Shown here one piece after another: positions 30,334-41,607 of a stretch of DNA of 64,000 nt. Position numbers and translations under genes: made by a program. The DNA comes from Spirochaetia bacterium (GTDB lineage Bacteria; Spirochaetota; Spirochaetia; SZUA-6; Bin103): the NCBI GenBank assembly GCA_965208065.1, contig OZ242313.1, positions 253,207 through 317,206 on the forward strand, given 5' to 3'. A model generated the notes under the pieces. The model saw only the letters and a program-made list of their open reading frames with translations. It ran no database searches and was not told the origin of the DNA. Every line of letters begins with the position of its first letter. Position 1 is the first letter of the stretch.

Positions 30334-31160
30334 GTACCAATACCACTGAACGGCGTCTGGCCGTCCTGATAGATGGCGACAACGCCCAGGCATCGCAAAT
30401 CGAACACGTCATGAAGGAAATCGTGAAATTCGGCGTGGTTACCATCCGCCGCATCTACGGCGACTGGACCACCACGCAGCTCGATTCCTGGAAGAAGAAG
30501 CTGCCGGTGCACGCCATCCAGCCGGTGCAGCAGTTCAGCAACACGGTGGGCAAGAACGCCACCGACTCGGCGATGATCATCGACGCGATGGACATTCTGT
30601 ACAGCGACCACGTCGGCGGGTTCGTGATCGTGTCGAGCGACAGCGACTACACGAAGCTGGCGATCCGGCTGCGCGAGGCGGGGATGGAGGTGATCGGCAT
30701 CGGCAAGCACCACACGCCGAAGCCGTTCGTGAACGCCTGCAACGAGTTCCGTTACGTCGAGAACATCATGAAGAGCTACGAGGGCGACAATCGCCGCCGC
30801 CGCTCGCGCCGCCGAGACGGACGCAGCGGAGACGGCGCCGGCGCAGCCGATGGTGCAGGAAGTGCCGATGGTTCCGGCTACACGGCAGGCAGCGACGCGG
30901 CGGCAGCGAGCGACAGCAACGGGTTCGAGGATGCCGACCTGGTCTCGATCGTCACCGAGGCGCACGAGATGGTGGACCAGGAGTCTGCATGGGTGGACCT
31001 GCGCAAGATCGCCAACAACCTCAAGAAGCTCGATCCGGCGTTCGACCCGCGCACCTACGGCTCCTCCAAGCTGGTCAAGATCATCGCCTCCCGGCAGGAC
31101 GCCTTCGAGGTGAAGCGCGACCGCATTCGCCACCGCATCATGGTGCGCATCAAGGACTGA
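30330..31160 (+). CDS. NYN domain protein with OST-HTH/LOTUS domain
   Basis: LIDGDN, GKNATD, VSSDSDY, FDPRTYG..KL. Confidence 0.88.
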   Translation: MSTNTTERRLAVLIDGDNAQASQIEHVMKEIVKFGVVTIRRIYGDWTTTQLDSWKKKLPVHAIQPVQQFSNTVGKNATDSAMIIDAMDILYSDHVGGFVIVSSDSDYTKLAIRLREAGMEVIGIGKHHTPKPFVNACNEFRYVENIMKSYEGDNRRRRSRRRDGRSGDGAGAADGAGSADGSGYTAGSDAAAASDSNGFEDADLVSIVTEAHEMVDQESAWVDLRKIANNLKKLDPAFDPRTYGSSKLVKIIASRQDAFEVKRDRIRHRIMVRIKD

Positions 31161-31199
31161 GCGCTGAGCGGGTCGTCAGCCGGATTCGCCGGCTCGGGC

Positions 31200-32246
31200 A
31201 TGAGCTACGCCGCGGCCGGGGTAGATATCGACGCCGCGGACGCCGCCAAGCGCGACATGGCGCGGCTGCTGGAGCCGCGCGATCCGCGCATCCTGAACGG
31301 TGTCGGTCCGTTCGCCACCCTGATCGACGCCACCTTCCCGGAATACCGGCACCCGGTAATCGTGTTCAAGACCGAGGAACCCGGCTCCAAGCAGAAGCTG
31401 GCGGTGGCCCACGGCGCCTACCGGTCGCTGTGCTTCGACCTGGTCAACCACCTGGTCAACGACATTGTGGTGATGGGCGCGCTGCCAGTGGCGGTGCAGG
31501 ACGCGATCATCTGCGGATCGCTGCAGCCCGGCGCGGTCACCGCGATGGTCGCCGGACTGGCCGAGGCGTGCCGGGCGCAGGAGTGCAGCCTGACCGGCGG
31601 CGAGACCTCCGAACAGCCGGGCGTGCTGGAGCCGGGCACCTACGTGCTGGCCGCGAGCGTGGTGGGCGTGGTGGAGCGCAAGGCGGTGATCGACGGCAGC
31701 CGCATCGCCCCCGGCGACACGGTGCTGGCGCTCGCCTCCAACGGCGTCCACACCAACGGCTATTCGCTGGTGCGCCGGCTGCTACAGGAGGATCCTTCGC
31801 TCGCCGCGCGCCCGCTCGGCAAGAGCTCGGTGCTCGATGCGCTGCTGGTCCCGCACCGCTGCTACCTGCCCGCGCTGCGCCCCTGCCTGACAGGTGAGCA
31901 CCTGCACGGCCTCGCGCACGTCACCGGCGGCGGCATCGCGGACAACCTGAGCCGCGTGCTGCCGGCCGGCACGGCCGCCGAGATCGACCTGTCGCGCATC
32001 GCGGTGCCGGAGATCTTCGCCGTGCTGCGCGCCGCCGGATCGCTGCCCGACGCCGAGATGCTGCGCGTGTTCAACGTCGGCGCCGGCATGCTCGCCGTGG
32101 TCGCGGCCGGCAGCGAAGGCGCGGTGCGGTCTGCCGCCGGCGCCGCCGGCGTGGCCTGCTACCCGGTGGGCCGCATCGTCGAGGCAGACGCGGCGGCCCC
32201 CGACCGCGTAACATTCTGCGGCGCCCTGCGCTGGCGCACAGCCTGA
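31200..32246 (+). CDS. purM: Phosphoribosylformylglycinamidine cyclo-ligase
   Basis: SYAAAGVDI, VNDI, GGETSEQPG, SNGVHTNGYSL, HVTGGG. Confidence 0.92.
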   Translation: MSYAAAGVDIDAADAAKRDMARLLEPRDPRILNGVGPFATLIDATFPEYRHPVIVFKTEEPGSKQKLAVAHGAYRSLCFDLVNHLVNDIVVMGALPVAVQDAIICGSLQPGAVTAMVAGLAEACRAQECSLTGGETSEQPGVLEPGTYVLAASVVGVVERKAVIDGSRIAPGDTVLALASNGVHTNGYSLVRRLLQEDPSLAARPLGKSSVLDALLVPHRCYLPALRPCLTGEHLHGLAHVTGGGIADNLSRVLPAGTAAEIDLSRIAVPEIFAVLRAAGSLPDAEMLRVFNVGAGMLAVVAAGSEGAVRSAAGAAGVACYPVGRIVEADAAAPDRVTFCGALRWRTA

Positions 32247-32392
32247 TGACCGCGCCCACCAGAGGGCGGCGGCCACGCGGTCACCCCGCGCTGGTGCCAT
32301 GCCGGGTAGGTCGTCCGTTGGTGTGCCTCCCACTACCAGGCTGCCTCGGTGCGGGCCACCGGAGTGGCGCCCCACAGTTGGGGAGCCGCCTC

Positions 32393-32947
32393 ATGACGGC
32401 GCCGCATTGGTCGGCGGCCGCGGCGGCGGCCGGCGCCGAGCAGGGCAGCTTGGCGACTGCCCGCGGCGAGTCCGCCGCCTCCCGCGCGAGCGCCGGGCCG
32501 CAGCAGCCCGGGCGTGGGACCGGCGCCGCCGCGGACCCGCGTCATGAAAACATTCTCGCGGCGCCGCCGGAACTTGACGAACCGCGTCCCGACGAGGCCG
32601 AACGCTTCCGGCCATGCGCTGCGCCCGCGGGAACTACAAACTCGCCGGAGAGTGGCCTGCTGCAGCGCATCGCGGCGGTGGTGGCAGCGATCCCGCACGG
32701 GCGGGTGGCCACCTACGGCCAGGTGGCGGCGCAGGCGGGTAGCCGGCGAGCGGCGCGGCAGGTGGCCTGGGCGCTGCGCGCTTACGCCGACAGCGGGTTG
32801 CCTTGGCATCGCGTCATCGGGGCCGGCGGCGCTATCCGCCTGCCCGGCGACGGGCTGCAGCGGCAGCGCTCCCTCCTGCTCGCCGAGGGCGTGGCCGTGG
32901 ACTCAAACGGGCGCCTCGACCTCGCCGCCTATCAATGGCGCCCATGA
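32393..32947 (+). CDS. Alkyltransferase-like (ATL/MGMT family) protein
   Basis: IPHGRVATYGQVA, RQV, PWHRV (Trp in place of the catalytic Cys); start uncertain. Confidence 0.8.
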   Translation: MTAPHWSAAAAAAGAEQGSLATARGESAASRASAGPQQPGRGTGAAADPRHENILAAPPELDEPRPDEAERFRPCAAPAGTTNSPESGLLQRIAAVVAAIPHGRVATYGQVAAQAGSRRAARQVAWALRAYADSGLPWHRVIGAGGAIRLPGDGLQRQRSLLLAEGVAVDSNGRLDLAAYQWRP

Positions 32948-32951
32948 CCGG

Positions 32952-33491
32952 ATGTGGCACACGCCGCGCAGGGTTGCCGTGAGCAGCACCCGCCGCTACC
33001 CGCGCTGGTGCCTTGAGGAGAAGCGCTACCCGGACGGGCGCCGCAACCGGTTCCGCTCCCGCCTGCTGCTGCTGCGCCCCGGCCACGGCGTGCTGCACTT
33101 CGTCAGCGACCGCGCCTACGACCTGGGCGGCATCTACCTGCCGCGCCGCACCGTGACCTTCGGCCTGTTCTGGGAAGACCGCCCCTACAACCTGTACGCC
33201 TGGATGGCGCCCGGCCTGGCCGCGCCGCGCGCGCTCTACTTCAACATCTGCGACCAAACATCACTGGCCGCCCACCGCTTCGATTGGCGCGACCTGTGGG
33301 TGGACATCCTGTTCACTCCGCACTCCGGCCCCCGCATCCTCGACCGCCACGAGATCCCCGCCGACGCCCCGCCCCACCTGCGCACCGCCATCGACACCGC
33401 CACTCGCCGCGTGCTCGCCGAACACCGCGACGTGGCCCGCTACCTGCAAGCTCTCCTCCCCACCCTCCGCCACCGCGCCGCAATCCGGTAA
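32952..33491 (+). CDS. DUF402 domain protein
   Basis: FWEDRPYNLY, YFNICD, WRDLWVDIL. Confidence 0.7.
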   Translation: MWHTPRRVAVSSTRRYPRWCLEEKRYPDGRRNRFRSRLLLLRPGHGVLHFVSDRAYDLGGIYLPRRTVTFGLFWEDRPYNLYAWMAPGLAAPRALYFNICDQTSLAAHRFDWRDLWVDILFTPHSGPRILDRHEIPADAPPHLRTAIDTATRRVLAEHRDVARYLQALLPTLRHRAAIR

Positions 33492-34113
33492 AGGCGAGTG
33501 CTCGGGGCTCAATCTCTTCTGATCGCGTTGGATTCCTGACCGACACCTGCTCGACCAGAGTGTCGAAGAACTCCTCGAACGGTTGCGAGAGCGACCGGAT
33601 CGCTGAGCCTGAGCCGAAATCGACTTCGACCAGGACGAAGTCCTCCACCGTGCCGGTAGTCCAGGACGGAGCGCGGCGACCTGACAACGACGTCAATCGG
33701 CTACGGAGCAGATTCGCCCAGGTGGACCGGTGCTTGGGCGAGAAGGCATCTCCCTGTGCGTTGAAGATCATGACGTAACCGATCACGATCTCCGGAGAGT
33801 GAAGTTGGGCGTTGGCGACTTCGCCGATGAGGTCGCCGATTCGGTTTGGAACGGTTCCTCCAAGGTTCCCCAGCAATGACTTGAGAGAAAGTCCCAGCCG
33901 GTACTTGCCGTCGTACCGCCAAGCGACATTCCATCTCTTTTCCCGTCCAGCTCCGGGAACGGACGCTTCCTTCTCAACGCCGAGCAAGCCACGCCGGTTC
34001 AACTCCTGTACGCAGTACTCGGCAAGCGTATCGAGCCGCGCCGTCGACGTGGCTCTCTTCTCCATGACTGCGATGCGATACAGATCGTCCACGGCCTGTT
34101 GGGCGTTAATCAC
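33313..34113 (-). pseudogene. Type II restriction endonuclease (PaeR7I/XhoI-like), probably degenerate
   Basis: GREKRWNVAW...LSLKS...TVPNRI.DL.GE; coupled to a methyltransferase; C-terminus runs antisense into DUF402. Confidence 0.55.
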
Positions 34114-34773
34114 GTGTCGACTCGGGCTTTTACCGACACGCCATTCACGCCGGCCAAGCCCCCCGCGCAGATGTCGGCGGTGCTCAACAGGCCGCCGCTC
34201 TCGCGGTGCAAGCGCTCCAGGCCGTCCGCGTAGTACCCGGGGTCGACCTCGATGCCGATGCTGTTGCGGCCACAGGCGGCGTCCGCGACCTGCGTCGTGG
34301 CGGTACCGTTGAACGGATCAAGGACCGTGTCCCCCACGAAGCTGAACATCCGGATCAGACGGTTTGCCAGGGAAAGCGGGTAGGGAGCGGGGTGATCCCG
34401 GGTCGACTCGCCCGGGATGTCGGACCAAATCTGCCGAAAAAACCGCTTGAAGGAGGTCTCCGAGGGCAGACTGAGGATCCGTGCCGAGAGATCCGGCTTC
34501 CGGTACCCGCCACCCTTCCGCTGCATCAGGATGTACTCGATGTCGCCAGTATGGCGGCGAGGTTACCACCAAGTGGACCGACTCAGCCGCCAAGTCCGCC
34601 AGCCGGGCATCTCCAAGCAGCAACTGATGCCGCGTTGGCACCTCGACCACCGCCGCGTCGATCGCCGCCATCGCCACCCGGTCCTTCGCCACGCGCGGAA
34701 GATCCCGCGACGGATCCGCCAGATCGCGAAGGGCCTCGGGGACGAACGTACCGAGCAGAGCAGTTTCGACCAC
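34110..34773 (-). pseudogene. Site-specific DNA methyltransferase (beta class, SPPY) with internal deletion and frameshift
   Basis: VVTSPPYW joins out of frame to DIEYILMQRK at ~34545; HPAPYP and VLDPFNGTAT follow. Confidence 0.8.
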
Positions 34774-34830
34774 GCCCCGAGTATAGCGGCGAGGGCTCAT
34801 TGTGACGCCATGCGCATGGTGATAGAAACC

Positions 34831-34998
34831 AGGATGCCCCATCGGTTCATGCTTGCTCTCGTACGCCTCGACCAGATCGACCAGGATATCGAGTTCGTCT
34901 CCTTCCGAGCTTCCCGCCTCGGCATCCATCAACTCGTCTACTCGGGCGAGTGCTGCTGCATAATCCGCTTCGGTCAGGATCGGCCTCACCTTGGCCAT
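34831..34998 (-). pseudogene. HigA antitoxin N-terminal fragment
   Basis: MAKVRPILTEADYAAALARVDELMDAEAGSSEGDELDILVDLVEAYESKH; no HTH follows. Confidence 0.75.
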
Positions 34999-34999
34999 T

Positions 35000-35044
35000 T
35001 CACACCTCCTCCACGTTGACCGTGTCATACTCCGCGTGGGTTCC
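35000..35044 (-). pseudogene. HigB toxin C-terminal remnant
   Basis: GTHAEYDTVNVEEV* ending 1 bp before the HigA ATG. Confidence 0.7.
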
Positions 35045-35199
35045 CGTTCGATCAACAGGGGGAATCCGACGTTGTGGCGGTTTGACCGGGGGATGGGGGG
35101 TTCGTTATTTTCGGGGCAGCCCGATTGAGAGCATTCCAACGCACTGCCGTGGGTGGAATTGCGCGCTTCGGGCAGTCACGAAGTGAGGTTGGCAGGCTC

Positions 35200-36258
<1,059 letters not shown>

Positions 36259-36317
36259 TCGCGGTGCCGGCGGACGGCGGACGGTAAACACCCCGGGCAA
36301 GGACAAGAGAAAGGAAC

Positions 36318-38201
36318 ATGGCAAAGCATCGATTCAAGACCGAGGTCAGCCAACTGCTCGACCTCATCATCCACTCGCTGTACTCGCACAAGGAGATCTT
36401 TCTGCGCGAGCTGGTTTCCAACGCCTCCGACGCGCTGGACAAGCTGCGCTACCTCACCCTGACCGACGAGGACTTCAAGGGGTTGCCGTTCACTCCGCGT
36501 GTCGACATCTCGTTCGACGCCGACAGCAAGCCGCGCACACTGACGGTCGCGGACAGCGGCATCGGCATGAGCGCCGATGAACTGCGCGACAACCTCGGCA
36601 CTATCGCGCGCTCCGGCACCAAGCGCTTCCTGGACGTGATGCAGGCGAAGGCCAAGGATGCAAAGCAGGGCGCCGCGGGCGACAGCAACCTGATCGGCCA
36701 GTTCGGCGTCGGCTTCTACTCCAGCTTCATGGTGGCCGACCGCGTCGAGGTGCTCAGCCTGCGCGCCGGTGACGAGCAGGCGCAGCGCTGGGTGAGCAAC
36801 GGGCGCGGCTCGTTCGAAATCTCCCCGGCGGAGCGCACCGGCGCCGGCACCACCGTCACGCTGCACCTGAACGAGGAAGGCGCCGAGTTCGCCGCGCAGT
36901 GGCAGATCCAGGATCTGGTCAAGAAATACTCCAACCACATCCCCTACCCGATCCACCTGCACTACACCGAGACCAGGGACGACAAGACCGAGCAGCGCAG
37001 CGAGCAGATCAACGCCGCCAGCGCGCTCTGGCAGCGCCCCAAGTCGGAGCTGACCGACGACGACTACTTCGAGTTCTACCGCGGCCTGGGCCACGACCAG
37101 GAAGACCCGCTGCACTACGTGCACACCCGCGCCGAGGGAACGCAGGAGTACACCACCCTGTTCTATATCCCCAAGACGGCGCCGCCCGACCTGTTCTACG
37201 CCGACTACCGGCCCGGCGTGAAACTGTACGTGAAGCGGGTGTTCATCACCGACGACAACAAGGAACTGCTGCCCACCTACCTGCGCTTCGTGCGCGGGGT
37301 GATCGACTCCGAGGATCTGCCGCTCAACGTGAGCCGGGAGATCCTGCAGCAGAACCGCCTGCTGACCAGCATCCGCAACGCCTCGGTCAAGAAGCTGCTG
37401 GCGGAGTTCCGCGACCTGGCCACCAACAACCCCGACCTCTATAGCTCGTTCGTGACCGAGTTCGGGCGTCCGCTCAAGGAGGGCCTGTACCAGGACTTCG
37501 CCAATCGCGACACGCTGCTGGAACTGGTGCGATTCCGCACTACCGCCCACGACGGCCTGACCAGCCTGAAGGAGTACGTGGAGCGAATGCAGGAGGAGCA
37601 GAAGGCGATCTACTACATCACCGGCGAGCGCGGCGCCAACCTGCGCCATTCGCCGCTGCTGGAGGTGTACCGTACGCAGGAGATCGAGGTCCTGCTGATG
37701 GACGACGAGATCGACGGCTTCGTGATTCCCACCATCGGCACGTTCGACGATCACGAGTTGAAGTCGGTGAACCGCAGCGACACCGCCGACGACCTGAAGA
37801 CCGCCGACAGCAAGGCGCAGGAGAAGGAACTCGATCCGCTCCTGAAGCGAATTGCCGACGTGCTCGGCGACGCGGTGAAGGAGGTGAAGGCGAGCGCCCG
37901 GCTGACCGACTCGCCGAGCTGCATTGTGGCCGACGCCAACGACCCGACGGTGTCAATGCAGGGCGTGCTGCGGGCGCTCGGCCAGGAGGCGGAGAAGTTC
38001 CAGCCGGTCCTGGAGGTCAACCCGTCCCACCCGATCGTGACCAAGCTCGATGCCATGCTGAAACAGGGCGAGGACGACCTGGTGGCCGATACCAGCCACC
38101 TGCTGCTGGAGCAGGCGCTGCTGATCGAGGGCGCACAGCTCACCGATCCGGTCGCCTTTGCCGGGCGGCTGAACCGGTCGCTGGAGCGCGCCCTGCCATG
38201 A
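36318..38201 (+). CDS. htpG: Molecular chaperone HtpG
   Basis: [39 protein letters not shown]. Confidence 0.96.
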
Positions 38202-39439
38202 CCGCGGCAGGCGCACTGCAGTGGGCCGTGCTCGCGCTGTGCGCCTCCATGCTGCTTACCCACGGCGCCCTGGCGGTCGGCGTGCTGCTCGCGCGCCTGC
38301 GTGACCGCCGGGACGATGCGCGGCGCCGGCGGCAGCCCGCTCCGCGGCGGGGTGCACCGCCCGTTTCCGTGGTGGTGGCGGCCATGAACGAGGAGCCGGC
38401 GCTGCCGCGGCTGCTCGCCTCGCTGGCGGTGCAGACCACCAACGCCTTCGAGCTGGTGCTGGTCGACGACCGGTCGACCGACGCCACCGCCGCGATCATG
38501 GAAGCCCACCGCGCCGCCGCCCCCTACCCGGTGCGGGTGGTGCGCAACCGGCAGCCGCCGGAGGGTTGCACCGGCAAGCAGCAGGCCCTGGACCTGGGCG
38601 TGGCGGCGGCGGCGGGTGAACTACTGCTGTTCACCGATGCCGATTGCACGGTGCCGCCGGCGTGGGTGGAGCGGCTCACCGCCTACTTCACCGCCGCCGC
38701 CGGCAGCCGGACCGGCGTGGTGTTCGGCCAGTTGGCGGTGCAGGCCCCCGGCGCGGGCGGCGGCCACGCTCGCGAACGCTTCAGCGACCGCTACCAGGCG
38801 TTCGACCAGCCGCTGGTGCACCAGTACTCCACCGGCACCGCCGGGCTGGGCCAGCCGACCGGCTGCTTCGGCAACAACCTGGCCCTGCGGGCGCCGGTTT
38901 TGGCCGGGATCGGCGGCTTTCGTTCGCTCGGCTACACCATTACCGAGGACGCCGCCCTGGTGGGCGCCGCCAGCCGCGCCGGCTGGAAGGTGCGCGCCGC
39001 CACGCTTGCCGAGACCCTGGTCACCACCGAACCGCAACCCGACTGGCGCGCGTTCATCAACCAGCACGTGCGCTGGAACGGCGGCGCCTTCTACAGCAAT
39101 GACCCGGCCGCCGCCTGGGGCTACCGCTACGTGACGCTGTTCCTGATCCTCAGCGTGGCGGCGGCGCCGTTCGCCCTGCTGGTGCCGTGGCTGGCAGTGT
39201 GGCCGCTCACCTCGCTGCTGAGCATCGGTACGCTGGCGGCCCTGGCCGCGGCACTGCACCACCACCCGCGCCGGCGCCGCGCCCTGGCCCGGGTGGTTCC
39301 ATACACGCTGTTTTTCATGGGGTTCTACGCGTACATCACGGTGCTGGCCATTGTCGGCGTACGCGCGGATTGGAAGGGATCCCGGCTGCCGGCCACGCAT
39401 GCGCCGGCGCCATCGAATCCGGATTCACATGCGTCCTGA
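38198..39439 (+). CDS. Glycosyltransferase family 2, membrane-bound
   Basis: VDDRSTD, GK, FTDAD, TED, Q..RW. Confidence 0.88.
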   Translation: MTAAGALQWAVLALCASMLLTHGALAVGVLLARLRDRRDDARRRRQPAPRRGAPPVSVVVAAMNEEPALPRLLASLAVQTTNAFELVLVDDRSTDATAAIMEAHRAAAPYPVRVVRNRQPPEGCTGKQQALDLGVAAAAGELLLFTDADCTVPPAWVERLTAYFTAAAGSRTGVVFGQLAVQAPGAGGGHARERFSDRYQAFDQPLVHQYSTGTAGLGQPTGCFGNNLALRAPVLAGIGGFRSLGYTITEDAALVGAASRAGWKVRAATLAETLVTTEPQPDWRAFINQHVRWNGGAFYSNDPAAAWGYRYVTLFLILSVAAAPFALLVPWLAVWPLTSLLSIGTLAALAAALHHHPRRRRALARVVPYTLFFMGFYAYITVLAIVGVRADWKGSRLPATHAPAPSNPDSHAS

Positions 39440-39479
39440 CAGCCGGCCCGGCGACCGGCTCGCGTGACACCGGCAGGCT

Positions 39480-40178
39480 ATGTCGAAAACCAATCAAGTA
39501 TTGATCGTCGAGGATGACGACGACATCATGGAGCTGATCCGCTTCAATTGCGAGCGGGAGGGGTTCGTCACCGCCGCCGCCGGTTCCGCGGAAGAGGCGC
39601 TGCGGCTGGTGGATGACAACGTGCCGGCGCTGATCCTGGTCGATCTCATGCTGCCGGGGATGGACGGGCTGGCGCTATGCCAGATCCTGAAGTCCAACGT
39701 GCTCACCCGCGGCGTGCCGATCGTGATGGTCACGGCAAAGGGCGAGGAGGCGGACATCATCGCCGGCCTGGAACAGGGCGCCGAGGATTACGTCACCAAG
39801 CCGTTCAGCCCGCGCGTCCTCATTGCGCGGATCAAGGCGGTGCTGCGCCGCCACGGCACGGAGGTGCACGACCGGCGGGCGCCGCTGATTGTCGGCGACC
39901 TGACCATCCACCCCGGCCGGCGGGAAGTAAGGGTCGGCGGGCACCCGGTGCGACTTACCGCCACCGAATTCTCGGTGCTGCAGTTCCTTGCCAGCCATGC
40001 CGGCTGGGTGTTTACTCGTGACCAGCTCATCGCCGCGGTGCACGGGCCGGACTACCCGGTAACCGACCGCTCCATCGACGTGCTGATCGCCGGCGTGCGC
40101 AAGAAGCTGGCCGACAGCAGCCAACTCATCGAGACCGTGCGCGGCGTCGGCTACCGATTCCAGGACGCCGCCGAGTAG
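39480..40178 (+). CDS. OmpR/PhoB-family response regulator
   Basis: VEDD, DLMLPGMDG, DYVTKPF, winged helix ETVRGVGY. Confidence 0.92.
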   Translation: MSKTNQVLIVEDDDDIMELIRFNCEREGFVTAAAGSAEEALRLVDDNVPALILVDLMLPGMDGLALCQILKSNVLTRGVPIVMVTAKGEEADIIAGLEQGAEDYVTKPFSPRVLIARIKAVLRRHGTEVHDRRAPLIVGDLTIHPGRREVRVGGHPVRLTATEFSVLQFLASHAGWVFTRDQLIAAVHGPDYPVTDRSIDVLIAGVRKKLADSSQLIETVRGVGYRFQDAAE

Positions 40179-40181
40179 CAC

Positions 40182-41540
40182 GTGCCACGCGGCCCGTTCA
40201 GCCCCGCCCGCCCCACCGGCGTCGCCGTGACCGTGATCGCGCTGGCCGCCGCGGCGGCGGGCACCGGTTTCGCCATGCACGCGTGGCAGCACGTTGCGGC
40301 TACCGTGGCGGGAGTGCTGCTGCTGTGTTGCCTTGCCGCGGCCGCGGCGAGCGCGCTGTGGCGCCTGTACGCCGGGCCGGCGGTGCGCGGCGCACGGCTG
40401 CTGGCGGGTGCCGCCGGCCACGGCCGGCCTCCCGCCGCGACGCTCGATGTCCTGGCCGCACAGGTGCGCGAACGGCTGGACCACTTCGAACGATCGCATC
40501 GGCGGCTGCAGGCGGTGATCCGCGACCTGCCGCACGGGGTGCTGGTATTCGACGGCGACGCAAATCTGCTGGAGATAAACGGCACCGGACTGGCGATGCT
40601 GGGCGCCCGCGAGCGCGACGGCGACGGCGACGGCGACGGGCCGATGGTGGTGGCGGCGGCGGCGCGGGCGGTCGATCGGTACGACCTGGCGGCGCTGGCA
40701 CAGCGGGCGGTCCGCGGCGAGGACACCGAGGTGGACATTTCGATACCCGGCGCTGAACCGCGCTGGCTGCGGGTACGCGGACGCCCCTTTTCCGGCGATG
40801 CCAGCGAGCACGGCGCCCTGGTGGTGCTGCACGACGTCACTCGCCTGCACCACCTGGAGCAAGTACGGCGGGACTTCGTGGACAACGTGTCCCACGAGCT
40901 GCGCACGCCGTTCACCCTGGTGAGCGGCTTCGCCGAGACCCTGCTCGACGGAGACATGTGCCCCAACCCCGAGGCGCGCCATTTCCTGGAGATCATCCAC
41001 AAGCACTCGACGCGCGTGAGCGCCATCATCGACGACCTGCTCCTGCTCGCGCACATAGAGCGCGCCGAAGATCGCTCCGGCATCACGTTCGAGGACTCCC
41101 TGCTTGCGCCGGTGATCTCGGCGGCGCTGCTGTCGTGCGGGCGCACCGCCGAGCCGCGCGGGGTTACGCTGCAGGAACGGTGCGAAGCCGGGCTGACCTG
41201 CCGCATGAACGCGCTGCTGGTCGAGCAGGCGGTGACCAACCTGGTCGACAACGCCATCAAGTACAGCAGCCGCGACACCCGCGTCACGGTACGCGGCTTC
41301 CGCCGCGGCGGCGACGTGGTCGTGGAGGTGATCGACACCGGCATCGGCATCGCGGGGGAGCATCAACAGCGCATCTTCGAACGCTTCTACCGCGTCGACG
41401 CCGCGCGCAGCCGCGACTCCGGCGGCACCGGCCTCGGTCTGGCGATCGTCAAGCACATCGCCGGGGTGCACGGCGGCGAGGTGACGGTGCGCAGCGCGCC
41501 GGGCGGCGGCAGCACGTTTACCCTGCACCTGCCGGGCTGA
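40182..41540 (+). CDS. PhoR-like PAS sensor histidine kinase
   Basis: RRDFVDNVSHELRTP, NLVDNAIKY, FERFYRVD, GTGLGL. Confidence 0.9.
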   Translation: MPRGPFSPARPTGVAVTVIALAAAAAGTGFAMHAWQHVAATVAGVLLLCCLAAAAASALWRLYAGPAVRGARLLAGAAGHGRPPAATLDVLAAQVRERLDHFERSHRRLQAVIRDLPHGVLVFDGDANLLEINGTGLAMLGARERDGDGDGDGPMVVAAAARAVDRYDLAALAQRAVRGEDTEVDISIPGAEPRWLRVRGRPFSGDASEHGALVVLHDVTRLHHLEQVRRDFVDNVSHELRTPFTLVSGFAETLLDGDMCPNPEARHFLEIIHKHSTRVSAIIDDLLLLAHIERAEDRSGITFEDSLLAPVISAALLSCGRTAEPRGVTLQERCEAGLTCRMNALLVEQAVTNLVDNAIKYSSRDTRVTVRGFRRGGDVVVEVIDTGIGIAGEHQQRIFERFYRVDAARSRDSGGTGLGLAIVKHIAGVHGGEVTVRSAPGGGSTFTLHLPG

Positions 41541-41607
41541 CGCGGCGGACCTGACCCGCGGGGCTGACCGGCCGATGGGGAGGGGGTTATATTACTTTGC
41601 GTTGGCG

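Noticed and set aside
34318-35139. 273-aa HigA-methyltransferase fusion protein
   Set aside because: It is a chance in-frame read-through of separate remnants; the MTase has its own -10 box and GTG start at 34773.
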